NCBI GenBank assembly: GCA_035938875.1
Contig: DASZGL010000041.1
Span: forward strand, 3,341-67,340
Reading direction: 5' to 3'
From: Candidatus Dormiibacterota bacterium
Lineage (GTDB): Bacteria; Chloroflexota; Dormibacteria; Aeolococcales; Aeolococcaceae
Length of the DNA: 64,000 nt
Below the pieces are notes generated by a model. It had not been told where the DNA came from and searched no databases. It saw nothing but the letters and a program-made list of their open reading frames with translations. Position numbers and translations under genes: made by a program. Within the stretch, counting starts at the first letter, position 1; each line of letters starts with the position of its first letter. Positions 62,662-64,000 of the stretch are shown here, one piece after another.

Positions 62662-64000
62662 ATCCACGACGTCATCTCCTTCCGTGAGAGCTGTTTCCAC
62701 ACCGCCGGCCACGCCTTGCGGGCGCGGTCGGCGGCGTTTTTCTGAAGTCCGCAGAGCTCGCCCGCGACAAAGGCGGTACGGCCACTGCCGGCATGTTCGC
62801 GAAGCCACTGTCCGAGCACCACGGCGTCGTGGAGCTCGCCGAGCACCTCCTGCAAACGGGCCACATCTTTGGCGAACGCGGCGGCGCGCTTGCCGGCCAC
62901 CGGGGTCACCGCTTCTGCGGCGTAGCGACAGCGCTTCGCCTTGATGCGCAGAGCGTGCAGGTCGTCGTCGGGCGAGTCCGCGTCGAGCGCGCGCGCCGCC
63001 TTGCGCAGCCCGGCCCACGGACCACCGATGAGATCGCCGAGAAGCGCGCGCGCCGGCACCGGCGCGGCATCGCTGAGCGCGGGATGGTTGGCGGCCTCGA
63101 CGAGGCGATCAATCAGGTCGACGTATCGGTCGCTGTCGAAGCCGATCAGCAGGTGCTTCCGCTTTGCCTCCACGTCGGCGTCGAGGGCGGCGACCAGCTT
63201 CTGACCGGCGACCGTGTCCGGCGCGGGCAGGGCGGTGACGCCGGCGCTGAGGCGATCGCGCAGCACCTCGGCGTCGCGGACGCTGCCGAGCTCGTCGGTG
63301 AGCCAGCGCACGTCCTCGCGGAGCGGTGTGGCCCAGTCGGCGTCGAGCACCGCCGCGAAGGTGCGCAGGTCGCTGCGCAAACGTCGCGTGGCCACCCGGG
63401 CCTGGTGCACCTCCTCGGGGTCGCCGCCGACGCGGACGCCCGGGTCGTGGCGGAGCAGGCGCGCCACCGACGCGGCGAAGGCGCGGCGAGCGAGATCGCC
63501 GGCGGTGGCGTGGGCGTCGAGCGTCTCGGGGCTCACCTCGGGGGGCTCGGTGGCCATCGATCCGAGGGCGCGAACCAGCTTGGGAGTCGGGTCCGGCTTG
63601 CCCGCGCCGCCGGCGTGGAGGCGCTCGAGCACCGCCTCGATCAGCGAATCCGACGTTCCCTCGGCGGCCTCCACCTCGACCTCGCGGAATCGCGAGGCCA
63701 CGCGGCGCCCCTGGTAGACGGTGACCTCGTCGTCGTCGATCTCCACCAGCCGCTGGCCGTCGTCGCTGAGCAGAGCGACGACCTTGCGCACGGTTTGCAG
63801 CCGAGCCACCGGGGCGAGCGGAGCGTGGCGGACGTAGCCGAGGAGAAGGCGCACGGCGTCCTGTGGCGGATGCGTCGCCGGCCCGTCGAAGTGGTGCTCC
63901 TGGCGGACCAGCATGGTGCCGTCGCCGTCGTCGGGCAGCTTCACCGTCCAGCCCTCGCCGGCGCGGTGGCGCAGGCTGCAGCCCCAGCGCACCAGGCGCA
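62658..64000 (-). CDS. CYTH + CHAD domain protein (5' end outside window)
   Basis: N-terminal part looks like a CYTH triphosphate-tunnel domain (WTVKLP...FREVEVE). C-terminal CHAD domain with VHQARVATRRLRSDLR and LHALRIKAKRCRYAAE. The frame stays open to the window edge. Confidence 0.75.
   Translation of the reverse strand, partial: RLVRWGCSLRHRAGEGWTVKLPDDGDGTMLVRQEHHFDGPATHPPQDAVRLLLGYVRHAPLAPVARLQTVRKVVALLSDDGQRLVEIDDDEVTVYQGRRVASRFREVEVEAAEGTSDSLIEAVLERLHAGGAGKPDPTPKLVRALGSMATEPPEVSPETLDAHATAGDLARRAFAASVARLLRHDPGVRVGGDPEEVHQARVATRRLRSDLRTFAAVLDADWATPLREDVRWLTDELGSVRDAEVLRDRLSAGVTALPAPDTVAGQKLVAALDADVEAKRKHLLIGFDSDRYVDLIDRLVEAANHPALSDAAPVPARALLGDLIGGPWAGLRKAARALDADSPDDDLHALRIKAKRCRYAAEAVTPVAGKRAAAFAKDVARLQEVLGELHDAVVLGQWLREHAGSGRTAFVAGELCGLQKNAADRARKAWPAVWKQLSRKEMTSWM

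Overview
Very GC-rich (about 70 percent by eye, not computed), gene-dense chromosomal segment. Gene content looks Actinobacteria-like: InhA-type FabI, an SCO4848-like small membrane protein, a PMT-type mannosyltransferase, a split MutT1-like Nudix/SixA pair, many GTG starts, and frequent 4-nt GTGA/ATGA start-stop overlaps. I call about 60 protein genes and one tRNA-Lys(CTT). There is no rRNA and no CRISPR array.

Main content in order:
- proC
- a complete four-step histidine-utilisation operon (hutH-hutU-hutG-hutI) with an appended class V aminotransferase
- a Liv-type ABC importer (F-G-H-M-K order)
- ohr, a DUF255 thioredoxin-domain protein, purA, mscL, yceI/hxlR, and a glycogen-debranching-type enzyme
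- an Asp-box propeller / MoxR / 4-TM / VWA operon
- ridA-ccdA-tusA
- a two-component system
- an ECF sigma / anti-sigma / propeller-lipoprotein module
- tRNA-Lys followed by a decayed transposable-element end
- a 1181-aa Zn-ribbon/cyclase/STAND-ATPase/TPR protein
- a pair of secreted proteins with PEP-CTERM-like tails
- an IMPase / small membrane protein / fabI / fabF / macro-domain operon
- an Upf1-like helicase with a poly-Arg tail plus a stand-alone PDZ protein
- a repeat-containing sortase-signal-like surface protein placed divergently from a protein O-mannosyltransferase
- a CitE-like lyase and an acyl-CoA dehydrogenase
- a CYTH-CHAD / Nudix / SixA operon, truncated at the window edge

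No single obvious new system stands out. The best candidates for follow-up are the PE[IV]P-TM-Arg tailed protein pair, the helicase-PDZ operon, the propeller-MoxR-4TM-VWA operon, the tRNA-Lys-flanking element remnant with four 23-bp repeats, and the 67-bp tandem double-hairpin repeat.

All functional calls come from recognising motifs and families by eye in the supplied translations. No database search, HMM, folding or alignment was run. Several start codons are ambiguous and are flagged as such.
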